A DNA stretch of 63,897 bases, the filler included, from Collodictyon triciliatum (lineage: Eukaryota): NCBI GenBank assembly GCA_043381765.1. It is 10 parts of 10 records of this genome, joined end to end, with 100 filler letters (N's around TTAATTAATTAA, not from the genome) between each part and the next. Parts side by side here need not be neighbours in the genome. Positions count along the whole stretch, not along the records: positions 53,160 to 59,697 come from JBHJMP010004396.1; positions 59,798 to 63,897 come from JBHJMP010004502.1; 8 more parts are not named here. One strand, given 5' to 3'. A program made the position numbers and the translations under genes. Position 1 is the stretch's first letter; each line of letters begins with the position of its first letter. Positions 55,755 through 63,897 of the stretch are shown in pieces. Under the pieces are notes generated by a model that was given only the letters and a program-made list of their open reading frames with translations, made no database searches and was not told where the DNA came from.

Positions 55755-57101
55755 ATGAAAAAAGAGCACACTCTTTTTTTGCGCATCATATGTCTGGAAT
55801 CGTTTCCTTTTCTTTCGTCTATCTCAATTCTTTTCCTACAAAAACCAATTAAGCAATCAATTGACGAAGATACTGCATCACCCCCAAGCACCCAACTCGC
55901 ATTCCAAAACACCCACACATACAGCGAATATGCAAGTCCATCATCCACGCATAATCGACCAAGCTCACCCTCTTACACTTCGTATGGTCAAGGCCTTCGA
56001 GCAACATCCGTCATGACATTGCAAAACACTAAAACAAGGCAAGCCATACAAACCACAGAATTTTCTGAGCAAAAAAATTCGACAAATTCACCAATAGCTC
56101 AACGCATTCTGGTGAGTTGGCAGCTCTTTACTGTGATCATTGGGGCAGTGCAGCTGTTGTGGGCGCCAATAGGCAATGGTAGTTTAAAGATGACACAAGA
56201 TCCAGTTTCTCGAGCCCTACAAAAATATCAGTTCCCACCAACCTTTCTGAATCAGGCTTACGTTGCATGCCTCTGCTCATTAGTGGCTTTTGTAACATTT
56301 GGAGCGATTATGTCGTTTGTGTCAACAAAAATGCTTCTCCGGGTATTTGGTTCCACACTCTGCGTTTATGGGCGTGCCCTTTGGTACTTTACTATGATTG
56401 CCCTCGCCGTCCCAATCATCTCGACACTTCTCTCAATCTTCCTTTGTGAGCAATCATCATCGTCAGCACAAGGTTCTGCTGTTCACCAAATAGACTCAGA
56501 TATTCAATGCTGGTCTCTAGGACATATTTTCTTAATTGTTGCTGCATTACTTAGCCTTTTGTTATTTTACTATGCATTTGTGGCAAAAAGAATGGAAGTG
56601 TACTCGAAGCTGGAGCGTGCAAAAGCATCTAACATGGGTTTCTTTTTCGAGCGCAATCCAGTTCATTTCTTTGGATTATTGGTCACAAAGACAGTTTTTT
56701 GCTTGATAACGACATTTTTAGCTCCGATTCACAGCCATGCCTCTGTATCGATATATCTATCTACTCTTATCATATGCATAGTCCTAATAAATTATCGAAT
56801 ATCGTTTGCAAATATCCGTGCCCATGGTCTCCAGAGCGGGCTTCTAGTTGCTGCTTCAGTTTCTCATGTTCTGGCTCTTACCCAGATTCAAACAAGTCCT
56901 TTGGGATTAGTTGTATCATCTTGTGCAGTCTTTCTAATAGCTTATGTAGCTAGTGTAGCTCGTGCATGCTGGCCGAAGTACTATCTTTTACATACCGATA
57001 ACCGCGCATTCGGTAATTCGAAGTCTGGAGCTTTCAAAACTATGCCAGAGAACAAAAATATTTTTCTGTTGAAAGCACCGCTGTCGCCACCAGCAACACT
57101 G

Positions 57102-57184
<83 letters not shown>

Positions 57185-59388
57185 TATAGTACAATTACAG
57201 CATTCCAAATCGGCTCAATCATCCTTGGAATTAAACTCTACTCTAGATAACTGTCTCTCAAATCCGAGTTTGAGAATGAGACACCCCGATACAAGTGAAG
57301 ATTATGATAAAAATCCTGAAATAATTGCTGAGGGTGACAAACAAAGATGTCAAACTCTTGGGGGTCGTCATATGGCCGACAAATTAGATCTCACGAGTTC
57401 GGTGGGTGGTGCAAAATATCTTTTTCAAACAGCTTGGTGCCCTGTTTTTAAGGAGCCAGGGATTAAACACTCATCAACAAAATGGATATCTGGAATCCGT
57501 GCTCTTGTTTTAAGGTCTAACGAACTAGACCATAACGATATACGTATATTATGTTCGGCTCTTCATGACCAGAACTTGCCACTCGAAAGTATCGATCTGA
57601 GTCGCAACCTGATTGACTATTCGGGGGCAAAATACATCGGAACTCTCCTAAAAGAGCCAAATACTCGCATTAGGTTCCTAAACATGAATGAAAATCAATT
57701 GCTTGGAACTTTGGGATTCCAATCTATCATCGATAGTACGTTAAGTAACACTCAGTCTTTTCTTCGAAAGATGTGGTTTGATTTTTGTGGACTTGATTCA
57801 AATTCTGCATATGCATTGAGCAGGGCCCTTTCATTTGCATCTGCCAATCCACATTCTTGCGCTCTGGCCGAGATTAGTGTGAGAGGAAACTACTTACAGA
57901 CACAAGGTGCCAATATACTAGCCCCTTGCCTGCGAATAATATCCCCATGTAACCTTCGTATTCATATGGAATGGAACCATTTTAAGCGTGAAGGCGTTTC
58001 CATCCTGCTGCACGCCATGGCCCAAAACCAGTACACACAAGTATCTAATAGCACAACTTGGAACGTGGCGCGCCTAGGATTCCAAATGAATGGACTTACA
58101 AGAGCAGAAATGGCAAAAGTTATGGATGATGTTCGATTATGTTTGTATCAAGTCCAATCAACATGGGATGACATTTCTAACCATTCTTCATCTATTCATT
58201 CATCAATTGAAGAGGATGATAAGAAAATGGAGATGGAAGCCCAGGCTTCGTTACCAGACCCATATCCTGGAACTTTGGTGGATGCCATTGGAGGAGAGGA
58301 TATTCTTGTCAGAGTGGTTGATGATTTTTACTACAGACTCGTGACTGACCCTCAGTTAAGAGTAAGTGAATGAACCGATTTATCAGGTTCAATTTTTCAA
58401 GTGCATTTCATTTTAAACATCTGGTTTTGGTTGACAGTTAAAGAATTCCCCCAGAGTTTTTATTTTTTAAGAAAAACTTGCTTTTATTTCACCCCTTTTT
58501 TTCTATAGACCTTATTTTTCTTGCATTGTTTCTTTTTTTTTTTTTTTTTTTTTTTNNNNNNNNNNNNNNNNNNNNNNNNNNNNNNNNNNNNNNNNNNNNN
58601 NNNNNNNNNNNNNNNNNNNNNNNNNNNNNNNNNNNNNNNNNNNNNNNNNNNNNNNNNNNNNNNNNNNNNNNNNNNGCATCTTTAACTCTACAGAAATTAA
58701 TTGTTAAAGAGACTATCTTCTCTAGGTATTCTTTCGGGACATAAGTATGAATCGCATGCGACACTTACAGTATGCTTTTTTATTTGGAGGGATGGGTGGT
58801 CAAAAGTCCATCAACAACTCGAGTCTACGAAGGGCACATCGCCACCTAGGACTCACAGATGATCATTTCGATGCCACTGTAGGGCATTTGGTGGCTGCGA
58901 TATACCAGCAAAATCCTGCTTTTCCGACAGAAGCGTTGCTAAATTTGCACTCATATACAGAATCTTTGCGCCCTGACATTGCACAGGCAGGGGATTCCAC
59001 CGGGGTGCGATTCACAAACAGAGATGCAAAATCATTTCTTGAGATGTACACTCCAAAATCTAATCGAGACAATTCGAACGGGAATATCACCTGCCAGCAA
59101 TTACCACTTTCAGATTTCATTCGCTTCAAGTCGGCTGCTTTTTCGCCGTTCTCGATTTCATCTAACTCCATGTTAAACTTGAGCGGAATGGCAAAATCCA
59201 CACCAAATTTACATCTATCAGACTCTCTAGCACATCAAAAGATTCAATCACCCTCCCCTGCAGTATTAGAAGTATTGACAGGGTCAAATGTACTTGATGA
59301 GATTATATGTGAGAAAGACACAGCGCTAAGGACGAAGATAGATATCCAGATAGAGGACATAGTTAAACCTTTCTCGGAGACAGACTGA
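55755..59388 (+). CDS. Multi-TM protein fused to RNI-like LRRs and a group I truncated (2/2) haemoglobin (intron 58362-58725)
   Basis: Hydrophobic helices at about 56100-56970; LESIDLSRNLIDYSGAKYIG-type repeats; spliced globin LVDAIGGEDILVRVVDDFYYRLVTDPQLR/VFFRDISMNRMRHLQYAFL..MGG..LRRAHRHLGLTDDHFDATVGHL; phase-0 junction is in frame. Confidence 0.8.
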
Positions 59389-59796
59389 CCATGTCGAGAT
59401 TTGGTTATTATTTTCTCACTACAATACCAATCCATTTCCTCTTTTTCTTCTTGCTTGTTTATTATTTTTAGTGAAATTTTAGAATAAAACTTGATTTTAT
59501 GCAACCTCCCCTTGATGCATGATGCGCCCTTTTCTTACCCTCAGCAAAACCCTTGCATAAATAAAAAAACACATTTTGTGAAAAAACATACCATACATAC
59601 ATACATACATACATACATACATACATACATACATACATACATACATACATACATACATACATACATACATACATACATACATACATACATACATACANNN
59701 NNNNNNNNNNNNNNNNNNNNNNNNNNNNNNNNNNNNNNNNNTTAATTAATTAANNNNNNNNNNNNNNNNNNNNNNNNNNNNNNNNNNNNNNNNNNN

Positions 59797-59921
59797 NCGG
59801 GTTTGGCAAAAGTGGCGGTTCCGTACTCCGTAGACACATTTGTGGTTAATCAACATTTAGTTCTCCACATCAACATTTGTGTTGAAAATCGCCACCTTCG
59901 CCAAGCCCGAAACCGTTATAG
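59797..59921 (+). repeat. attC-like site 0 (left core cut by scaffold start)
   Basis: cgggtttggcaaaagtggcggtt pairs with aatcgccaccttcgccaagcccg; core GTTATAG at 59915. Confidence 0.75.
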
Positions 59922-59942
59922 GGCATTTTAAAAGACGACACC

Positions 59943-60617
59943 ATGCAGACAAGAAAACATATAGCTTGGAAGAAAAACCGAAAATTTGGTGACGTTTGGG
60001 GTGGACGAACTTTTCCAAAGCTTGCGGACAAAATATTTAATAGACAGCATAGTTTAACTGCACCAAAAAGTGACGAAACAACGCCAATTTATATAGTTGA
60101 CAATCCTTCCAGAGACTTCTACTTTCCTGTAACAGCAGACGAAATAAAAGCAACTCTTGACAAATTACCCAAAGACCACACCGACCATTTGACACATATT
60201 TGGTTGCAGAAAATTAAGAAGACATATTATGTAAACGGTGACACTTTTCAAGGTTCTTTTATTTGTGGTAGCAAAGTCTATTTAATAGTTATACATCCAT
60301 TTCCGACAGACAACAAAATGAGACTCGGAAAAACCAGACCATTACAAAAGACACTTAACTTTTACAAAAGCTATACGACAGATTTAAAAGAAGACAAAAA
60401 CGGTTGGTATTTACAATGGACAGAAGAAACGATTAGAAAATATTTTTTAGAAAGTTTGTTACTTCACGAAATTGCACATTCCTTAGATAGCTTTTATAAA
60501 AGATATTGGAGCAAAGCAACAACAACTAAAAGTGAAAATTTTGCCGACAATTATGTTGCTGTGTGGGCAGACAAAGTAAGAGAAACGTATAAACCAGATG
60601 AGAAAAACGCCCTATAA
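59943..60617 (+). CDS. Cassette 1: hypothetical protein with HExxH motif (possible zinc metallopeptidase fold)
   Basis: 224-aa ORF; LLLHEIAHS...ENFADNY; stop codon lies inside the CTATAAC core. Confidence 0.75.
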   Translation: MQTRKHIAWKKNRKFGDVWGGRTFPKLADKIFNRQHSLTAPKSDETTPIYIVDNPSRDFYFPVTADEIKATLDKLPKDHTDHLTHIWLQKIKKTYYVNGDTFQGSFICGSKVYLIVIHPFPTDNKMRLGKTRPLQKTLNFYKSYTTDLKEDKNGWYLQWTEETIRKYFLESLLLHEIAHSLDSFYKRYWSKATTTKSENFADNYVAVWADKVRETYKPDEKNAL

Positions 60618-60743
60618 CAGCACCTACAAGAAATTGGCGGTTCAGTTGTTTAATGAAGCTTTGTGCTTCGTATCAAATTCAGTGGTGGCAGACAGTTTTC
60701 GTCTCCGAAATCGCCAACTTCTTGTAGCTGCAAAACGTTAGCT
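60612..60743 (+). repeat. attC-like site 1 (132 bp)
   Basis: CTATAAC; gcacctacaagaaattggcggtt pairs with aatcgccaacttcttgtagctgc; aaaac GTTAGCT. Confidence 0.85.
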
Positions 60744-60772
60744 GTGATTTTAACGACCGAGACAAACTAATA

Positions 60773-61387
60773 ATGAATACTGCAACAGAAATAAAATTTG
60801 ACAAAGTAATTAAGGACGGATTTCACGAAATTTTAAAGCCACTTGGATTTAAAAAGAAGGCTAACAACTTTTATTTACAAAGACAAGAATTAGGACAATT
60901 AATCAATATCCAAAAAAGTTCCTTTTACTCAAAAGACCATATAAACTTTACAATTAATACAGGGCTATTTCTTCCTGAACATTGGACTGGCTTGACATAC
61001 AATGAAGGAAAAGAAATCCCAGCATTTCCGACTGAACCAGAATGTTTAATAAGGAAGCGAATTGGTAAACTCAGAAATCAACACGACACTTGGTATGACA
61101 TTGACGAGAAGATAGATGAGAATGCTTTGATAGTTGAAATGCGGGCGAACCTTTCAAAATATATTTTACCCTATTTCGAAAGAACAAAAACCAAAGAAGA
61201 CTTTTTAAATCTACTTGACAGCGAGAAATTAATTTTGGCACCTTTGGGTAAACTTATTGTTTATGCTGAATTAAAGCAATTTGAAAAGGCAAAGACAGAG
61301 TATTTGACATTTTTGAAGGAAAAAACTACCCCGCATTTTTTAGAAACTCTAAAAGAATACGCACAGAAATATGGACTTGACAAATAG
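60773..61387 (+). CDS. Cassette 2: DUF4304-like protein
   Basis: 204-aa ORF; LKPLGFKKKANNFY..INIQKS..FTINTG..RKRIG.L..DTWY pattern recalled for DUF4304, not searched. Confidence 0.7.
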   Translation: MNTATEIKFDKVIKDGFHEILKPLGFKKKANNFYLQRQELGQLINIQKSSFYSKDHINFTINTGLFLPEHWTGLTYNEGKEIPAFPTEPECLIRKRIGKLRNQHDTWYDIDEKIDENALIVEMRANLSKYILPYFERTKTKEDFLNLLDSEKLILAPLGKLIVYAELKQFEKAKTEYLTFLKEKTTPHFLETLKEYAQKYGLDK

Positions 61388-61396
61388 CAAAACCAC

Positions 61397-61528
61397 AGCT
61401 AACAGCCGTTTTGCAAAATCGGGGGTTTCGTCTTTCTTTGACATTGAAGTGCTGGATTCAAGCTTTTTGCATCTAAAGAAGTTTAGTGCTGAAAAACCCC
61501 GCCTTCGCAAAGCGGCAAAACGTTGGTC
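61397..61528 (+). repeat. attC-like site 2 (132 bp)
   Basis: AGCTAAC; gccgttttgcaaaatcggggg pairs with ccccgccttcgcaaagcggc; aaaac GTTGGTC. Confidence 0.85.
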
Positions 61529-61550
61529 GCAAGTAAATCGAAACTAACTT

Positions 61551-62312
61551 ATGCCGGAAGGAAATTGCAGACTTTGTACCAAATTTGGGAAGTTAACTTT
61601 TGAGCATGTTCCTCCGAAAGTTACTTTTAATAAGACTACACGTTATAAGGTGATTAATTATATGGATTACGTCAAAAAAAGTGATCCGTTCGAGCAAACT
61701 GCTAAAGGAAAAGTTGAACAAGGTGGTATTGGTTTTTATTCACTATGCAAAACTTGTAATAATTTTTTAGGGATTACTTATGTCCCAGCTTATCAGTTAT
61801 ATATAAACTCTTTCACTGATTTTGCAAAAAAGAAAGATTTAAATTCCTTTGAATTTACAATGCATGAATTTACTCCACTTAAAGTCTTAAAACAGATTTT
61901 GTCAATGTTCTTCTCAATTAATGATAAGAATTTTTCTGAAAATAATCGTGACTTAGCAAATTTTATTCTTGATCCAAAGTCTAAGAATTTGCCCAATCGG
62001 TTTAGAATATTTAATTATATAAATACAGAAGGACAATTGAGAAACCTTGGTTTAATGGCCTTAGGCAATTTAAATTCAGGTGGTATTATTGTAGCATCAG
62101 AAATAGCATTCCCACCTATGGGTTATCTTCTAACGGTTAACTTTCATGGACACTTACCCTATCATCAAGAAATAACTTCCTTTAATAAAAATGACATTGA
62201 AGAAAAAGTAGATTTTGATTTCAAGATTTATCGTCTACCAACACATCTGCCATATATACTAGACTATCGTGACAAAACAACAATTCAAAACAGTATAAAT
62301 AAGCAAAAGTAA
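61551..62312 (+). CDS. Cassette 3: HNH endonuclease-like protein
   Basis: 253-aa ORF; CRLC..LTFEHVPPK...LCKTCNNFLG zinc-binding HNH signature. Confidence 0.75.
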   Translation: MPEGNCRLCTKFGKLTFEHVPPKVTFNKTTRYKVINYMDYVKKSDPFEQTAKGKVEQGGIGFYSLCKTCNNFLGITYVPAYQLYINSFTDFAKKKDLNSFEFTMHEFTPLKVLKQILSMFFSINDKNFSENNRDLANFILDPKSKNLPNRFRIFNYINTEGQLRNLGLMALGNLNSGGIIVASEIAFPPMGYLLTVNFHGHLPYHQEITSFNKNDIEEKVDFDFKIYRLPTHLPYILDYRDKTTIQNSINKQK

Positions 62313-62322
62313 ACGAACCTGC

Positions 62323-62489
62323 GACCAACAAAAGGCTTTACGCAATTTGGGTTTCAGCAATGGCCTATCAGCTTTGATAGTGCTATTCAACTGTAGTAAT
62401 TTGGCTTTCAGCTAATCGCGTTTTTTAGTGGCCAAGCCAGCAGTAGGAACAATATTTCCCAAACTGCGTTAAGCCCGAAAACGTTATCA
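62323..62489 (+). repeat. attC-like site 3 (167 bp)
   Basis: GACCAAC; ggctttacgcaatttggg pairs with cccaaactgcgttaagcc; aaaac GTTATCA. Confidence 0.8.
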
Positions 62490-62678
62490 GCTACTCAGCT
62501 GCGTCGCAGATCCTAGCTGTGGGTTTTGGTTACCTTGGGCAAAAGAGCGAATGATTTTTCAAGGCGGCTTTAATCAACCCAGCTATTGAACAAGGCCAAA
62601 CTGGATAGCAGTATTATTAATGGAGTCTCTAATAGTTTCTGAGAGCGATTAATATAAATTCAATGAGCAGCTTATAAC
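62483..62678 (+). other. Cassette 4: ORF-less, structured cassette
   Basis: Bounded by GTTATCAGCTACTCA and TGAGCAGCTTATAAC; no long ORF; second copy at 63770. Confidence 0.7.
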
Positions 62679-62851
62679 AATAGGCTTTACGCAATTTGGG
62701 TTTCAGCAATGGCCCATCAGCTTTGGTNTTGCTTGCCAAAAGCGGGGCGTTCGCGGTGGCAGAAACTTTTCGGCTCCGAATAAAAATTTGTGGTAGCTTG
62801 AATGATGATGCTTCTAAAGCCCCGCCTTCGGCAAGCCCCAGAACGTTATAG
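62672..62851 (+). repeat. Composite attC-like site(s) joined at a single N (62728)
   Basis: Left part is near-identical to the site 3 left arm; right part is a separate hairpin gcttgccaaaagcggggc/gccccgccttcggcaagc ending GTTATAG. Confidence 0.7.
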
Positions 62852-62861
62852 GCAAGGCTAA

Positions 62862-63650
62862 ATGACGACACAGCAACTAAATAAAGTAAAGCAGACACTT
62901 GGATTTTTCTCTATGACCATTGCGTGGACATTGATGAATTTACTTCATTCCATTTATCTCGCTTGGACAGACGGCAAAGCGGATGACAGTGGTGTAATTA
63001 TTTTTTGGTCAGGACTTTTTATTACAATCTCTTGGGCAGTTTTTATAATCTTTCCTTTAAACAAGCTTGACCATTCGACACAGATTTTCAAACCTCTAGT
63101 CTTTCCTTTCATTGCAGCATTTTACGGAGCATTGACATATTCAATTATTGTCAGTGGACTGTTTCGCAGCCTTGACCTGGTAGTTATGTTTATGCCTTTA
63201 GCCTTGTTGACAGGTTTTATTTTCGGTTTTGTATATTCACAACTCATAAGGTTAGACAAATTAGTTGACTACCTTGTTAAACGACCATTAGCAAAGTCAA
63301 TTTTCTTTCTATCGCCAGTTATTATTTTATTCATTTTTTTATGGTTACTACCGACAATTGCCCCTTCATTGGTCTTTCGTTACATGCCTGATGAAATTAG
63401 ATATAAAATTATTGCTCGAACAATTCCCAAATTCAAAGTTGGAGACGACTTTGAACCCTTAAAAAATTCTCTTCCAGGTTTTCTTGACCACATTGACAAT
63501 GGAAGTGGAAACATGTCTGCAACAATGGAAAATTTCGGCTTTGCTTTACAAGTTCATTGCAACAAAATAATTAGACTTGAATACGGAAAAGACCAAAATG
63601 ATTTTGACGGAACAATTTATGGAAAACTTCAAGAGAAGCCCTGCCTATAA
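62862..63650 (+). CDS. Cassette 5: hypothetical membrane protein (about 5 TM plus a soluble C-terminal domain)
   Basis: 262-aa hydrophobic ORF; stop codon inside CTATAAC. Confidence 0.75.
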   Translation: MTTQQLNKVKQTLGFFSMTIAWTLMNLLHSIYLAWTDGKADDSGVIIFWSGLFITISWAVFIIFPLNKLDHSTQIFKPLVFPFIAAFYGALTYSIIVSGLFRSLDLVVMFMPLALLTGFIFGFVYSQLIRLDKLVDYLVKRPLAKSIFFLSPVIILFIFLWLLPTIAPSLVFRYMPDEIRYKIIARTIPKFKVGDDFEPLKNSLPGFLDHIDNGSGNMSATMENFGFALQVHCNKIIRLEYGKDQNDFDGTIYGKLQEKPCL

Positions 63651-63776
63651 CACGGGTTTTGCGTCAGGCGGGATGACGTTCAAACTTTGAGCTTTGTGCT
63701 TCTAATAAACTATAGTAATAAAATGAAACTTTGTGCTCCGAAACCCGCCCGAACGCAAAGCCCCGAAACGTTATCA
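63645..63776 (+). repeat. attC-like site 5 (132 bp)
   Basis: CTATAAC; cgggttttgcgtcaggcggg pairs with cccgcccgaacgcaaagccccg; aaac GTTATCA. Confidence 0.85.
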
Positions 63777-63897
63777 GCTACTCAGCTGCGGCGCAGATCC
63801 CGGCTGTGGGTTTGGTTACCTTGGGCAAAAGAGCGAATGATTATTCAAGGCGGCTTTAATCAACCCAGCTATTGAACAAGGCCGAACAGGATAGCAG
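63770..63897 (+). other. Cassette 6: second copy of the ORF-less cassette (cut by window end)
   Basis: About 7 differences over 128 nt relative to 62483-62611. Confidence 0.75.

Larger units (their letters stand above)
59797..63897 (+). mobile_element. Integron-like gene-cassette array on a bacterial scaffold (no integrase visible)
   Basis: Co-oriented intronless ORFs, each followed by an imperfect palindrome that starts ...AAC and ends ...aaac/aaccGTT. Confidence 0.8.

Noticed and set aside
62629-62898. Minus-strand 89-aa ORF (and + strand 63687-63875 ORF)
   Set aside because: Both run through attC-like palindromes and cassette boundaries; likely spurious
59820-63740. Bacteroidota promoter (TTTG...TAnnTTTG) inside each site's loop
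   Set aside because: TTTG-containing motifs recur in the loops, but none matches the consensus and spacing cleanly
59797-63897. CRISPR array or rho-independent terminators
   Set aside because: The repeats are over 130 bp, diverged, and separated by whole genes; the hairpins lack U-tracts and have conserved AAC/GTT ends

Overview
The window is a concatenation of ten unrelated scaffolds, nine of about 6.54 kb plus a last one cut by the window end. They are joined by artificial 100-bp spacers (N44-TTAATTAATTAA-N44). The first nine come from an AT-rich, intron-dense eukaryote (probably a protist, standard code). They carry a SNF2 helicase 3' end, an A9/Ig-PH protein, an NYN-domain protein, RRP9, a potassium channel gene with three tandem 6TM-GYG domains, a REJ/GPS receptor, an actin-related protein, a receptor with two pseudokinase domains, a GNL1-like GTPase, an LRR protein and a TM-LRR-truncated haemoglobin fusion. 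They also contain tiny poly(A)-tailed retro-insertions with 14-17 bp target-site duplications. The last scaffold (59797-63897) is intronless bacterial DNA, inferred to be Bacteroidota-like. It is an integron-like gene-cassette array: single genes separated by ~132-bp hairpin sites with AAC...GTT cores, each cassette bounded by its own 10-15 bp inverted repeat, plus a twice-present structured non-coding cassette. No integrase is in view. Exon boundaries were inferred by eye and are approximate.
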